Shown: positions 19,431-28,768 of the stretch, piece after piece
Numbering within the stretch: the stretch's first letter is position 1
Layout of the letters: every line of letters begins with the position of its first letter
NCBI GenBank assembly: GCA_963715305.1
Contig: CAVQSB010000019.1
Span: forward strand, 19,072 to 83,071
Origin: an uncultured Actinomycetota bacterium
GTDB lineage: Bacteria; Actinomycetota; Acidimicrobiia; Spongiisociales; UBA4744
Direction: 5' to 3'
Length of the DNA stretch: 64,000 bases
Made by a program: the position numbers and the translations under genes
The notes under the pieces: model-generated
Seen by the model: the letters and a program-made list of their open reading frames with translations, nothing else
What the model was told of the DNA's origin: nothing
Databases searched by the model: none

Positions 19431-20445
19431 GTGAGCATCTGTCCGCTGCCGCCGAATCCATGGGAGTCCCCGAATCGCTCGTGCAACGCTCCGCCCAGGC
19501 GCGCGCTGCGGCCGGCTCCATCTCCGCTGAGGACGTGCTCGCCGCCTGGGCAGGTGGAGCAGCCGCTCCTCGTAGCTCCGCCCGCTCCTGTTCCCGAACC
19601 TCCCGCCGCCGAAACTTCCGAACAACCGGCAAAGCCGGAGCCGGAGGCCGCCCCGCCGCCCCCCACCCCCAGCGCGGCACCGGTATCCGCCCCACCCGGA
19701 GAACCCCGGGCTATCCCGGCCCGACCGGTACCCGAATCCGTCGGCATGGCAGGGGCGAATGAATGGGAGTCGGTCATCACCGTCCCAACCGCCGGGCTTC
19801 GGGAGCGAACCATGACCCGGGTGCCGTCCTGGTTGACGGTCCGTCTTCGTGATCCTTCCTCTCGTCGGACTGCTCTACCTCGTGCAGTTCTCAGGAGGGC
19901 CCGACTGCGGGAACAGCGGTCTGCTGGCCGTCGATCGTGTCTCCGGGGAGGTCGTGAACTGTGACGGATCGCCGTTCGAGGGTCGGGGCGCACCCGGCGG
20001 AGGAACCACGAACTTCCTGGCCCTCGGCCAGACTCTGTATGCAGACGCCCAGGTGGCCTGCATCGGCTGCCACGGCGCCGGCGGCGAAGGTGGCGTCGGC
20101 CCGGCCTTTGCCGGAGGAGCGGTTCTCGTCACCTTCCCGACGTGCGCCGATCATGTGCAATGGGTTCAGCTGGGATCCAGCGGTTGGCAAGCCCAGGTGG
20201 GCACCGAGTACGGAGCACAAGGGACGCTCTCCAAGGGCGGCATGCCCGGCTTCGTCGACTCGCTCAGCGACGAGGAGCTTCGGTCGGTCGTCGCCTTCGA
20301 ACGGGTGAGGTTTGGTGGGGCCAACCTCGACGAAACCCTGGTTGACTGCGGCCTGGTGATCCCGGAACTACCGGTAGACGTGACGGAGGCTCCGGCCGGC
20401 GAAGGCGGGGACGCAACCACCACCACGACCGAAGCCACCGGCTAG
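19427..20445 (+). pseudogene. CcoP-like membrane-anchored cytochrome c with the same N-terminal module; 2 frame changes (about 19570, 19850)
   Basis: N-terminal MSEHLSAAAESMGVPESLVQRSAQARAAAGSISAEDVLAAWAGGAA, then a Pro/Ala/Glu linker, a TM (ILPLVGLLYLVQF) and a heme domain CIGCHGAGGEGGVGP in ORF 19849..20445. Confidence 0.5.
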
Positions 20446-20454
20446 TAGGGCCCG

Positions 20455-21285
20455 TTGGGAGAAACAACGGCCATCCATGCCGCCGATCGACCGGCCACCG
20501 CTCGCAGCCTCGCCCGCGATCTGGTCACGCTCGGGATAGCGAAACGGATGACCGTGATCGTCCATGCATCGCTTTCCCGGCTCGGTTGGGTTGCCGGGGG
20601 CGTCCCAGGCGGTGGTCGATGCCCTCCTCGACGCCATCGGCGAAGGCGGCACGTTGGTGATGCCGACCCATTCGGGCGGCCTTTCCGATCCGGCCGTCTG
20701 GCAGAACCCCCCGGTGCCCGAATCGTGGTGGCAAACCATTCGCGATGAGACGCCTCCCTACGACAAACGTCTGACCCCCACCCGGCAGATGGGTGCGATC
20801 GTCGAGTGCTTCCGCCACTACCCGGGAGTGCAGAGAAGTGATCATCCGCAGGTCTCATTTGCTGCACTCGGTCCCAACGCCGACGGGTCACCGGCGACCA
20901 TTCGCTGGAGCACCCGCTCGGCGAAGGCTCCCCGTTGGCCCGCCTCTATGATCTCGACGCCTCGATCCTCTTGCTCGGCGTCGGTCACGAGAACAACACG
21001 GCCCTGCACCTGGCCGAATATCGGGCCGACTACCCGGGCAAGGAGTGGACGGCCCAGGGCGCCCCGGTCACCATCGACGGAGAACGCCGATGGGTGAACT
21101 TCGAGGATCTCGAAGGTGACGACTCGGACTTCGCTGAGATTGGGACGGCCTTCGCCGCCTCCGGCGCTGAGCGAGCAGGGCCGGTAGGAAGCGGAACGGC
21201 CCGTCTGATGGGGATGCGGGATCTGGTCGACTTCGGCGCAGCCTGGATGACCACCCACCGGGTCAAACCGTCGGACCATCGCTAG
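20455..21285 (+). pseudogene. AAC(3)-family aminoglycoside N-acetyltransferase-like, 2 frame changes (about 20585, 20900)
   Basis: VIVHASLSRLGWVAGG, GTLVMPTHSGG, QRSDHPQVSFAALGP and LLLGVGHENNTALHLAEYRA match the AAC(3) fold family (from memory). They are spread over ORFs 20455.., 20564.. and 20935... Confidence 0.55.
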
Positions 21286-21545
21286 CCCCAACCGGACCTG
21301 CCCTTCCCCGACCGGCTCCTCGTAAACCGGGACCGAAGAAAAGCCCTCAAGGTCTCAGCGGGGTCTCCGATACCAAAGAAGGATGTGAAAGCATCCAGCC
21401 GAAGGGCTCCAATCCTTCCGCAACGCGGGGGGCGCGGTTGGTCATTCGTCGTATTTGGCCTTAGGCACGTTCAACGACCTAAGGTTTTAAAGGTAAGCCT
21501 CCCAGCCCGCCCCAACGACGAGGACCGACGGTCCCCCACCTCTTC

Positions 21546-21580
21546 GAGAGGCCCCCACCCAGGGGGCCTCTCTCTATTGT
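21546..21580 (+). terminator. Rho-independent terminator-like hairpin: gagaggccccc-accca-gggggcctctc followed by tctattgt
   Basis: Perfect 11-bp GC-rich stem with a 5-nt loop and a T-rich tail, in a 430-bp intergenic region that also holds a second hairpin (ccttagg-N13-cctaagg-tttt at about 21459..21492). Confidence 0.45.
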
Positions 21581-21716
21581 GGTTCGCAGTACCCGGGTAA
21601 GCTTGTGCCCACCAATCGGAAGCCTCGTTGCGCCCTGCCACCACCATCGTCATCATCGTGTTGTTGCTGCTGATCGCCGTGGCCGGAATCATCTTCGTCG
21701 TGCAACTGACCTCGAT

Positions 21717-22526
21717 CTAGGTCGGAGACGCGAACGAAACTGCCGTCCCTTCGGACAGGCCGAACCACTGATCCGCTCTGCCCTCCCGAACGGCCAGCGC
21801 CAGAAGGCCGTATGAATCGACATGGAGGAGCGGCTTGCCCGGCTCAACCGCTCCGTAGGCAACCACCCAGGGCAGCGTGTGGTCCCGATTCTCGATCTTG
21901 AGAGAGACCTCCGAGCCGGGACGGAGACCGAGCACGTGCAGTTCCTCCGGGCCGATGTTGGTTTGGGCGTTGCCGAACCGATCGACCCACCAGGCTTGGC
22001 CGGTGATGACGCCTCCTTCGGTTTGCGATAGCGGAAGGATGAGCGGCATCACGGCGGCCGGGTCAACTTCGCCCCCGAGATCGGAAAGTTGCGCCTCACC
22101 GGTGGCAAGAACGCCGGCCGCCGGGCCAAACCGATCCCGGCCGTCGAAGGTCGCACCTTCACTGGGAATCAGCAGTTCGGGGTTCTCGATCGCAACGATG
22201 CGCGTGGCGCCGCCAACCATGGCGACCGCGGGAGAAAGCAACCCGTTGTCGGGGCCTACAAAGAAACCCCACGGGGTCTCCGCGGCAATGGGAATCCGGG
22301 CGGTGCCAACCCCGGGATCGACAACGGCCAGCGCAACTCCCTGCGGCAGGTACTGAATCGCCCGCATCAACGTGAGGGCCCCGGCACGGACATCCCCCGG
22401 GGTCACCCCGTGCGTAACGTCGATCACCCGGCTCTCGGGGGCAATACGGGCCAGGACTCCGTGCACAACACCGACGAACTCGTCCTGATACCCGAAATCG
22501 GAAAGAAAAGAGATGGGAAGGCTCAT
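21717..22526 (-). CDS. SAM hydroxide adenosyltransferase family protein (DUF62, fluorinase/chlorinase-like SAM hydrolase)
   Basis: N-terminal ISFLSDFGYQDEFVGVVHGVL and overall 269-aa length match the DUF62 family (from memory). Intact ORF. Confidence 0.6.
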   Translation of the reverse strand: MSLPISFLSDFGYQDEFVGVVHGVLARIAPESRVIDVTHGVTPGDVRAGALTLMRAIQYLPQGVALAVVDPGVGTARIPIAAETPWGFFVGPDNGLLSPAVAMVGGATRIVAIENPELLIPSEGATFDGRDRFGPAAGVLATGEAQLSDLGGEVDPAAVMPLILPLSQTEGGVITGQAWWVDRFGNAQTNIGPEELHVLGLRPGSEVSLKIENRDHTLPWVVAYGAVEPGKPLLHVDSYGLLALAVREGRADQWFGLSEGTAVSFASPT

Positions 22527-22557
22527 GACAGAAGAGGTTATCGGAATCGAGTCGATC

Positions 22558-22992
22558 TCACTGCGCGCAGAACTCGTTGCCCTCCGGGTCGCGGAGGACT
22601 ACCCAGTATTCCCCGCGCTGTTCCATGGGACCGACCACGGTCGCTCCGACCCCTTCCAATCTCGCCACCTCGGCATCGACGCGCGCTCTCCGCTCGTCGA
22701 CGGGCGTTCCGTACCCGCCCCCAACATTGAGATCGAGATGAACCCGGTTCTTGACCGACTTCGGCTCTGGAACCCGTTGGAAGAAGACGCGGGGACCTCC
22801 TCCCTCAGGGTCGACCACCGCTGCAGCGCTGTTCCACTCGCTTTCCGGTATCCCCATCTCAGCGAGGAATGCTTCCCAGGAGACAAAGCCATCGGGAGGT
22901 GGTTGGACGACGTACCCGAGCGCGATGGACCAAAACCCGGCCAGGCGGGCAGGATCAGCACAATCGATAACGATCTGAACCGGCGTAGCCAT
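22558..22992 (-). CDS. VOC/glyoxalase-bleomycin-resistance fold protein
   Basis: 144 aa. IVIDCADPARLAGFWSIALGY...VHLDLNV...GNEFC has the VOC beta-alpha-beta(3) pattern. Intact. Confidence 0.5.
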   Translation of the reverse strand: MATPVQIVIDCADPARLAGFWSIALGYVVQPPPDGFVSWEAFLAEMGIPESEWNSAAAVVDPEGGGPRVFFQRVPEPKSVKNRVHLDLNVGGGYGTPVDERRARVDAEVARLEGVGATVVGPMEQRGEYWVVLRDPEGNEFCAQ

Positions 22993-23119
22993 ACCTAGAA
23001 AGGCTCGATCGAAAACCGACAGGCGCCAATCGACGACGTCCCCTGCATCTCTACTCCCTCATGTTCAGGTCACCCGGCCGGATAGCCGCCCCGACTGCGC
23101 AACACCATCCGGCAGGAAG

Positions 23120-24055
23120 TTGTTCCGCGCCGACAATGTCCCACGACTCGGTACCATCGCGCTCGTGAACGATAACCCGCACGACGTACTCGTAGAACGC
23201 CTCGGCAAACACGCCGGTGTCATCATGCTCATCGGAGCTCCCGACACCGGAAAGACCACCTTGGCCCGCCAGCTGCTGAAAGCCGGCATCGAAGCCGGGT
23301 TGACCGCAGCGTATATCGATGCCGACGTGGGTCAGACAATGGTGGGACCACCGGCCTGTGTTGGTCTCAAATGGGTGAGGTCTCAGCAAGATATGGATGA
23401 CTTCAGCGAAGCCGACGATTTGCGGTTCGTCGGGTCGATCTCGCCGGAACGGTTGGTGCTCCAGGAGGTCCTGGCAACAGCGACGCTCGTTGCCGTGGCC
23501 CGCGAACAGGCAGAACTCATCATCATCGATACCACCGGGTCCGTATCGGGTGTTACGGGACAAACCCTCAAGTATCACAAGATGGAGATGTGCCGGCCGG
23601 ACGTCGTGGTCGCCCTCCAGCGTGGCAGCGAAATGGAGCCGATGGTTGGTCTCCTCAGGCGTTTCTTCTCGGCCACGGTCGAACTCACGAGCGTCCACCC
23701 GGACGTCAATCCCGTGTCACCGGAAGAACGCCGTGAGCACCGCACCAAATGGTTCGCCGATACGCTGGCACCACCCCTCAACCGGTGGCGGGTACGGCCG
23801 ACCGTCTTTGCTCCCGCGCTACCCACCGGTCTCGACCTGTCCCGGCTCGACGGCATGCTGGTTGGAGTCCACGACGGGACGGGCCGCTGTCTGGGCCTCG
23901 GCGTGCTCGAGTATGAGGACGAAACGCTGCGAGTTCTCACCAACGTCGGCGAAGGAATGAAGGGGCTACGGCTGGGATCCCTCAAGATCGACCTCGAAAC
24001 CTTCGACACAACGGGCGCCAACCTGCGCGAAATCATGTTCGGGCTCGATTTGTAG
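23120..24055 (+). CDS. Clp1/Grc3-like P-loop polynucleotide kinase family protein
   Basis: VIMLIGAPDTGKTTLARQL (Walker A) followed by AAYIDADVGQT, the Clp1_P signature GxxDxGKST...DxDxGQ from memory. 311 aa, intact. Confidence 0.5.
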   Translation: MFRADNVPRLGTIALVNDNPHDVLVERLGKHAGVIMLIGAPDTGKTTLARQLLKAGIEAGLTAAYIDADVGQTMVGPPACVGLKWVRSQQDMDDFSEADDLRFVGSISPERLVLQEVLATATLVAVAREQAELIIIDTTGSVSGVTGQTLKYHKMEMCRPDVVVALQRGSEMEPMVGLLRRFFSATVELTSVHPDVNPVSPEERREHRTKWFADTLAPPLNRWRVRPTVFAPALPTGLDLSRLDGMLVGVHDGTGRCLGLGVLEYEDETLRVLTNVGEGMKGLRLGSLKIDLETFDTTGANLREIMFGLDL

Positions 24056-24138
24056 AACTCTCCCTCAAGATCCGGCCGCCTTCCTGCCGATACTCATAGT
24101 GGGATAAATACCACTGTTAGTGAGGCAAGGAAGGGACC

Positions 24139-24729
24139 ATGATTCGTCGGACCGCCACCATCATCACCGCGATCGTGCTGGCGATCGCCACCCTCGCTTC
24201 ACCAGTCCTGGCTTCGTCCGGAGACGAAGTCGGCTTTGTCAGCCTCATCAACTCCGAACGCGCCAACCGCGGCCTCACCTCTCTCGATGTCTACTGGGAC
24301 CTCGTCGACGACGCCCGGGCCCATGCGGGCGTCATGGCGGAGGCCGACAACATCTTTCACTCTTCGAATCTGGCCAATGCCACGACCGGCTGGGCTGCGC
24401 TGGGTGAGAACGTGGGGGTTGGCCCAACGGTCGGCGAGCTCCACACTGCATTCATGAACTCGGCAGGCCACCGTGACAACATCCTGGGCGACTGGGATTC
24501 CGTCGGGGTGGGAGTTGCAGAGACCGACAAGGGCTACATGTTCGTCACCGTTGTCTTCATGAAGGCGGCGGTATCGCAACCCGCTCCGGCTCCGACTCCG
24601 ACTCCAGCCCAAGCCACGGCCGCCGTCGCCCCGGCGCCCGCAGTCACCCCTCCACCGGCAGCCACCCCGGCAGTTTCTTCCGCACCAACTCCGCCGGCCC
24701 CGGCCCCGGCCCCGGCCCCGGCACCCTGA
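24139..24729 (+). CDS. Secreted CAP/SCP/PR1-like domain protein with Pro/Ala-rich C-terminal tail
   Basis: Signal peptide (MIRRTATIITAIVLAIATLASPVLASS). CAP motifs (SLINSERANRGL; GHRDNILGDWDSVGVGV). The tail is PAPAPTPTPA...PAPAPAPAPAP, encoded partly by a (ccggcc)n microsatellite. Confidence 0.65.
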   Translation: MIRRTATIITAIVLAIATLASPVLASSGDEVGFVSLINSERANRGLTSLDVYWDLVDDARAHAGVMAEADNIFHSSNLANATTGWAALGENVGVGPTVGELHTAFMNSAGHRDNILGDWDSVGVGVAETDKGYMFVTVVFMKAAVSQPAPAPTPTPAQATAAVAPAPAVTPPPAATPAVSSAPTPPAPAPAPAPAP

Positions 24730-25029
24730 GCCGATCGTTCGCATGATCGACGAGCTTCTGTCCGGCGGCGACTTCGCCTTCTGCATCTGCTGATCGGCGC
24801 CCTCGCCCAACCGGGCGCGGAAAGGCCCAAGGAACCTCTGCGAACTGCCTCCCGCACTTCCCCGAACAGGGGGCGGTTTCGCTTCAGCACCTTGGGCTTT
24901 GCTATAGCGGACACTACGAGTGGGTCACGAGCGAGTCAAGGACCCTGTTCGAACGAAATGTGGGCACGCTCATTTGTGCCAATCGATGCTACTTATGGTT
25001 AAACGGGAGCCATCTGGAGGGTTTTGCCA

Positions 25030-25080
25030 ACGGTTGTCCACTTTTCCACAGGAATCCACAGGAAGTTGTGCACAACCGCT
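25030..25080. promoter_or_regulatory. Cluster of four DnaA-box-like 9-mers (ttgtccact, ttttccaca, gaatccaca, ttgtgcaca) in a locally low-GC convergent intergenic region
   Basis: Each is 1-2 mismatches from TTGTCCACA/TTATCCACA. There is no dnaA/dnaN nearby, so this is not called as oriC. Confidence 0.25.
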
Positions 25081-25143
25081 GTAGACAAGTATTTCAGGGG
25101 AAATTTTCGCGCTCAAAACGGATCCTACGCAGCACCGCACTGC

Positions 25144-26366
25144 TCACGGCACGGCCCGGGATATTCCGCCGTACAACTCGAGCAGCCGATCGGCCGCCAC
25201 CTTCCAGGAGAACCTCGTAGCGAATTCGACCGCCCCTCTGGACAGGCGGGAGGCCAGGTCCTCATCGAGCAGGATCTTGGTGGCAGCCGCTGCAAATGCG
25301 TCCGGTTTCCACCCGTCAATGAGAAATCCCGAAATGCCGTCCTCGATCGTATAGGCCAACCCACCGACACGCGCAGCCACCACAGGCAAACCGCAGGCCT
25401 GTGCCTCGGCGGCCACCAGCCCGAACGACTCGCTGCGTGACGGCACGAACAGCACGTCGGCCGCCCGGTAGTACGTGGCGATCTCCTGGTGCGGTCGAGA
25501 TGGAACAAACTCAACGGACCCTCCGAGACCCAGGACATCGACCCGGGTTCTGGACCCACTCCAGCTCGGCGGAGCCTTGCGCACCGCTGGGACCACCAAC
25601 GACGACGAACCGGGTACCCGGGATCTCCTTCTGAATCCGGGCGAACGCCTCGAACGCAACGTCGAGACCCTTGAGCGGCTGGATTCTCCCCACGAAGAGC
25701 ACCACCGGGCCGTCATCCCATCCGAGCTCCCGGCGGGCGACCGGTCGTGGACCCGGAGCGAACAGATCGTGATTCACCCCGGGATGGGTGACACACAATC
25801 GGGCCGGTTCGGCTTGATAACGGCCGGCCAGATCATCGGCTTCGAACGAGGTCGAGGCGATGACACAATCTGAACCCGCAATGACTTCATGTTCCGCGGC
25901 GATCCGAACCAGGCTCTCGGCGGGCTCTCCTACCCGGCGCGTGGCATCTTTGACTCGCCCCAGGGTATGAAACGAATTGACGAGGGGTATCCCGGTCGCC
26001 CGCTTGACGACAAGACCTGCCCAACCGGACAACCAGTAATGGCTGTGCACAATGTCGAATTGCTCATCCTGGATGCGCTCGATCACGCCGTCTGCAAAAG
26101 GCTGGACGGTGGCCGGCAAGTCCTTCATCGGAAGAACGGACGGGTCTCCGGCCGGCACCTGGACAACGCGGTAGCCGGGCGTCAGCGTCCACGTCGGGAG
26201 GCTGCGGGTACTCGGTGGCCCGTGTGAAGACATCGACCTGCACACCGCGTTCCACCATCGTCCTGGCCAGCTCGTCGATGTAGACGTTCATGCCCCCGGC
26301 GTCCCCGGATCCCGGCTGGATGAGCGGTGACGTATGCAGCGACAGAAAGGCGACTCGCCGGATCAT
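25144..26366 (-). pseudogene. mshA: MshA-like GT4 glycosyltransferase (D-inositol-3-phosphate glycosyltransferase type), at least 2 frame changes (about 26070, 25700)
   Basis: [52 protein letters not shown] and PSRSESFGLVAAEAQACGLPVVAA align with M. tuberculosis MshA (from memory). They are spread over ORFs 26064.., 25511.. and 25144... Confidence 0.65.
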
Positions 26367-26389
26367 GTCGTGCCTTCGAAAGCGAAGAG

Positions 26390-26786
26390 AGGCCGCGGCG
26401 TGGCTCCCAACCGGAACTTGTACGGCTCATCACCCTTGAGGAAGTCGAACGTGTGTCCGGCTCGCTCCGATCTCTCGCTCGATCAGCATGCTCAACAGGA
26501 CGATGCCGGGAGATGCCGCCGAGGCGCGGTCGTAGCCGGAGTTGTACAGGTAGAAACCGTCGGCATCTGCGTAGGAAAAGGTCGCTGCCACGGGCCGACC
26601 GTCTTCGCCAGCACAGGAGATCGACCTGCCAGCCGGGCTGGTCGGCCAGCGATGCGAAAACAAACCCTCCATCGCGGACGTCATGAACCCGCCCTTGGCC
26701 CCCGCCGAGCTGCGATGCAGTTCGACGAACTGATGGAAACCCCCACCGGATCCCCGGGCCGTGACGAGCGCGGGCGGGCCGTGCAC
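26390..26786 (-). pseudogene. C-terminal fragment of a BioF2/CelD-like GNAT acetyltransferase, frameshifted near 26460
   Basis: FSYADADGFYLYNSGYD...GIVLLSMLIEREI then, in another frame, [22 protein letters not shown], a typical C-terminal motif of Acetyltransf_6-type proteins (from memory). No N-terminal part is present. Confidence 0.3.
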
Positions 26787-27272
26787 CTCTTGGAATCGGC
26801 GCCGTTTCCGCCTGATCTCGTGACGCTCCTTCTTACCGATCTGCTGCAGATACGTCCTCGTAGTCCTCGGGGAGCAGCAGCCGCGCCGTCACTGCGTGTT
26901 GCCTCCGGCGGAACGTCACATCCGGCTCTCTGCAGCCCCCGGCCCACCACGTCGGCGGCTTCGGCCGGAAGTGAATCGAACCGGTAGCGGAGTGCCGGGA
27001 CTCGTCGCCATCACTTCCGGCTATCAGGTCGGCACCACCATCGCCGAGCGGACACCGGTAGTCCACCAGATCACGATGTCCGACCCAACCGAGAGCCCGG
27101 TCTCGTCCAGCACGAGCGGCACCAGCGCCGAGCGGGATTCGGCCAGGCGAAGCTCACCGTTCGGCGCGCAATCCCCAGATTGCCTCGAGGAACCCGCGCA
27201 GAGCGAAGGGGCCGGTGTTCGGAGCAACCGGGGCGAGATCGAATGCCGGGGTCAACCAATCGGTGTGCAGAG

Positions 27273-28218
27273 TCACCATTGCAGCTGCACGATCGGCTCG
27301 ATGGCGCCTTGTGGCTTCCCCCCGCCCAGGACAATTGGATGGGAGATGCCCTGTAAGGCCTCCCGGGCCGTCGGGGAGATGAGGCCCAACTGATCGAGAG
27401 CTGCAACCATGCCGACTCCAACGGCTCTCGGCGATCCGTCCCACACCTTGATGGCCACTCCCAGTTGATCACGAACTGCCACCCCGAGGCATGCTTCCGC
27501 CCCATGCTTGGCAGCAGCCTCGACCCAGGTGGCGATGTGAGCAGCCGGCTGACTCTGGTCGCTGGTCAGCGCCGGCATTCCATGCAGGGCCTGCCAGGCC
27601 GGCGCAAAACGGGCGTGACCGGCCAGCCGGGAAAAGGACCTCGCCATAGCGCGCACGTTGGCCCGAAAAGCCGGCACCCCGCAGCCGTCGATTCCAACGG
27701 GACCGAAGTCCGCTCCAAGCACATCGTGCATCGTCCGGGCAATGCGTTCTTGTAGCGGGTGATCAGGGTCGAGGTACGGTATCGATCGGCCATCCGGCCG
27801 CTACACAGGCCCGCAACATGGCCGCGTGCTTCCCCGAACAGTTGTGCCAGATCGCACGCGGGGCGCGGTGCCCGGCGGCAACCAGCTGGTCCTGGGCGCC
27901 CTCACCAAACGGCCAGGCCGCCGGGCACCGCAGCGCCGACTCATCAAGCCCGACTTCCTCGAGCATGACCCGCACGATGGCCACGTGCACCGGTTGGCCA
28001 CCGTGGCTGGCGCAGGCCAGAGCCATGTGCAGTGAGGACAGGTCGGCGCCCGACTCCTGGGAGACGATCGCCTGAAAGGGTTTGGCAGCAGACCGCAGGA
28101 AGAAGACCCGATCCAGGTCACCGGTTGCGGCCAGCAAACGGCCATCGAGATCGACGGCTGCCACGGCACCGTCGTGGACCGCCTCGACGAGTCCGCTGCG
28201 AACGACCCGAGCCAGCAC
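27273..28218 (-). pseudogene. Asparaginase II family protein (PF06089-like), frame change near 27770
   Basis: N-part RSAAKPFQAIV...HNCSGKHAAMLRAC in ORF 27763..28218. C-part GIDGCGVPAF...VGVAVRDQLGVAIKVWDGSPRAVGV in ORF 27273..27731. Confidence 0.55.
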
Positions 28219-28227
28219 CGGGCCGAC

Positions 28228-28764
28228 TCAGCCGACCGGGAGCTCGTCGGGGTCGACCTGCCCCTCCTTGTACCGGCGCATGATCTCAACCTGGATGGAA
28301 TCGAACACGTGCTGCACGGCCTTGCGGCCCGTCGAGATCTCTTGCTCGGTTTCAGCCAGGACCACCTGGATGTCGGAGAGTTCCTGAGTTTCGCATTCCG
28401 GCAGGCGTGAAAGGAAGTCATCCTCCAACACCCGATCGATGTGCCTGCGCCGCGACTCCGGTAGGTCGGGAGCCAGCATCTGCGGGACCCGCTGCTGCTG
28501 GCCGCCGGCGCGTTCACCGGCACCGAGGATCTCAGGAAGCGCTTCGATCAAGGACCGGGTCTCCTCACCGCTTCGGCGATTCAGCTCGAATGCCAGTAAA
28601 TCCATTCGACCGTGCAGCAACCGGCGATAGAAGGACAACTCGGTCTCGACCTCGTCGGCCATCCGGCGGCGATCACGGAGTTCGGCAACCGGGACCGTCT
28701 CGAGATCCACGAGGAACTCCGGATCGAGGAGGATGTCAATGCGCCGGCGTTGTTCCATAGTCAT
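28228..28764 (-). CDS. Conserved hypothetical acidic protein
   Basis: 178 aa, intact, helical/acidic, no family recognised. Confidence 0.35.
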   Translation of the reverse strand: MTMEQRRRIDILLDPEFLVDLETVPVAELRDRRRMADEVETELSFYRRLLHGRMDLLAFELNRRSGEETRSLIEALPEILGAGERAGGQQQRVPQMLAPDLPESRRRHIDRVLEDDFLSRLPECETQELSDIQVVLAETEQEISTGRKAVQHVFDSIQVEIMRRYKEGQVDPDELPVG

Positions 28765-28768
28765 GGTG

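Noticed and set aside
24199-24914. Minus-strand ORFs (203 aa, 126 aa) overlapping the CAP-domain gene
   Set aside because: They are reverse-complement readings of the Pro/Ala-rich codons of the sense gene, which has a signal peptide and CAP motifs.
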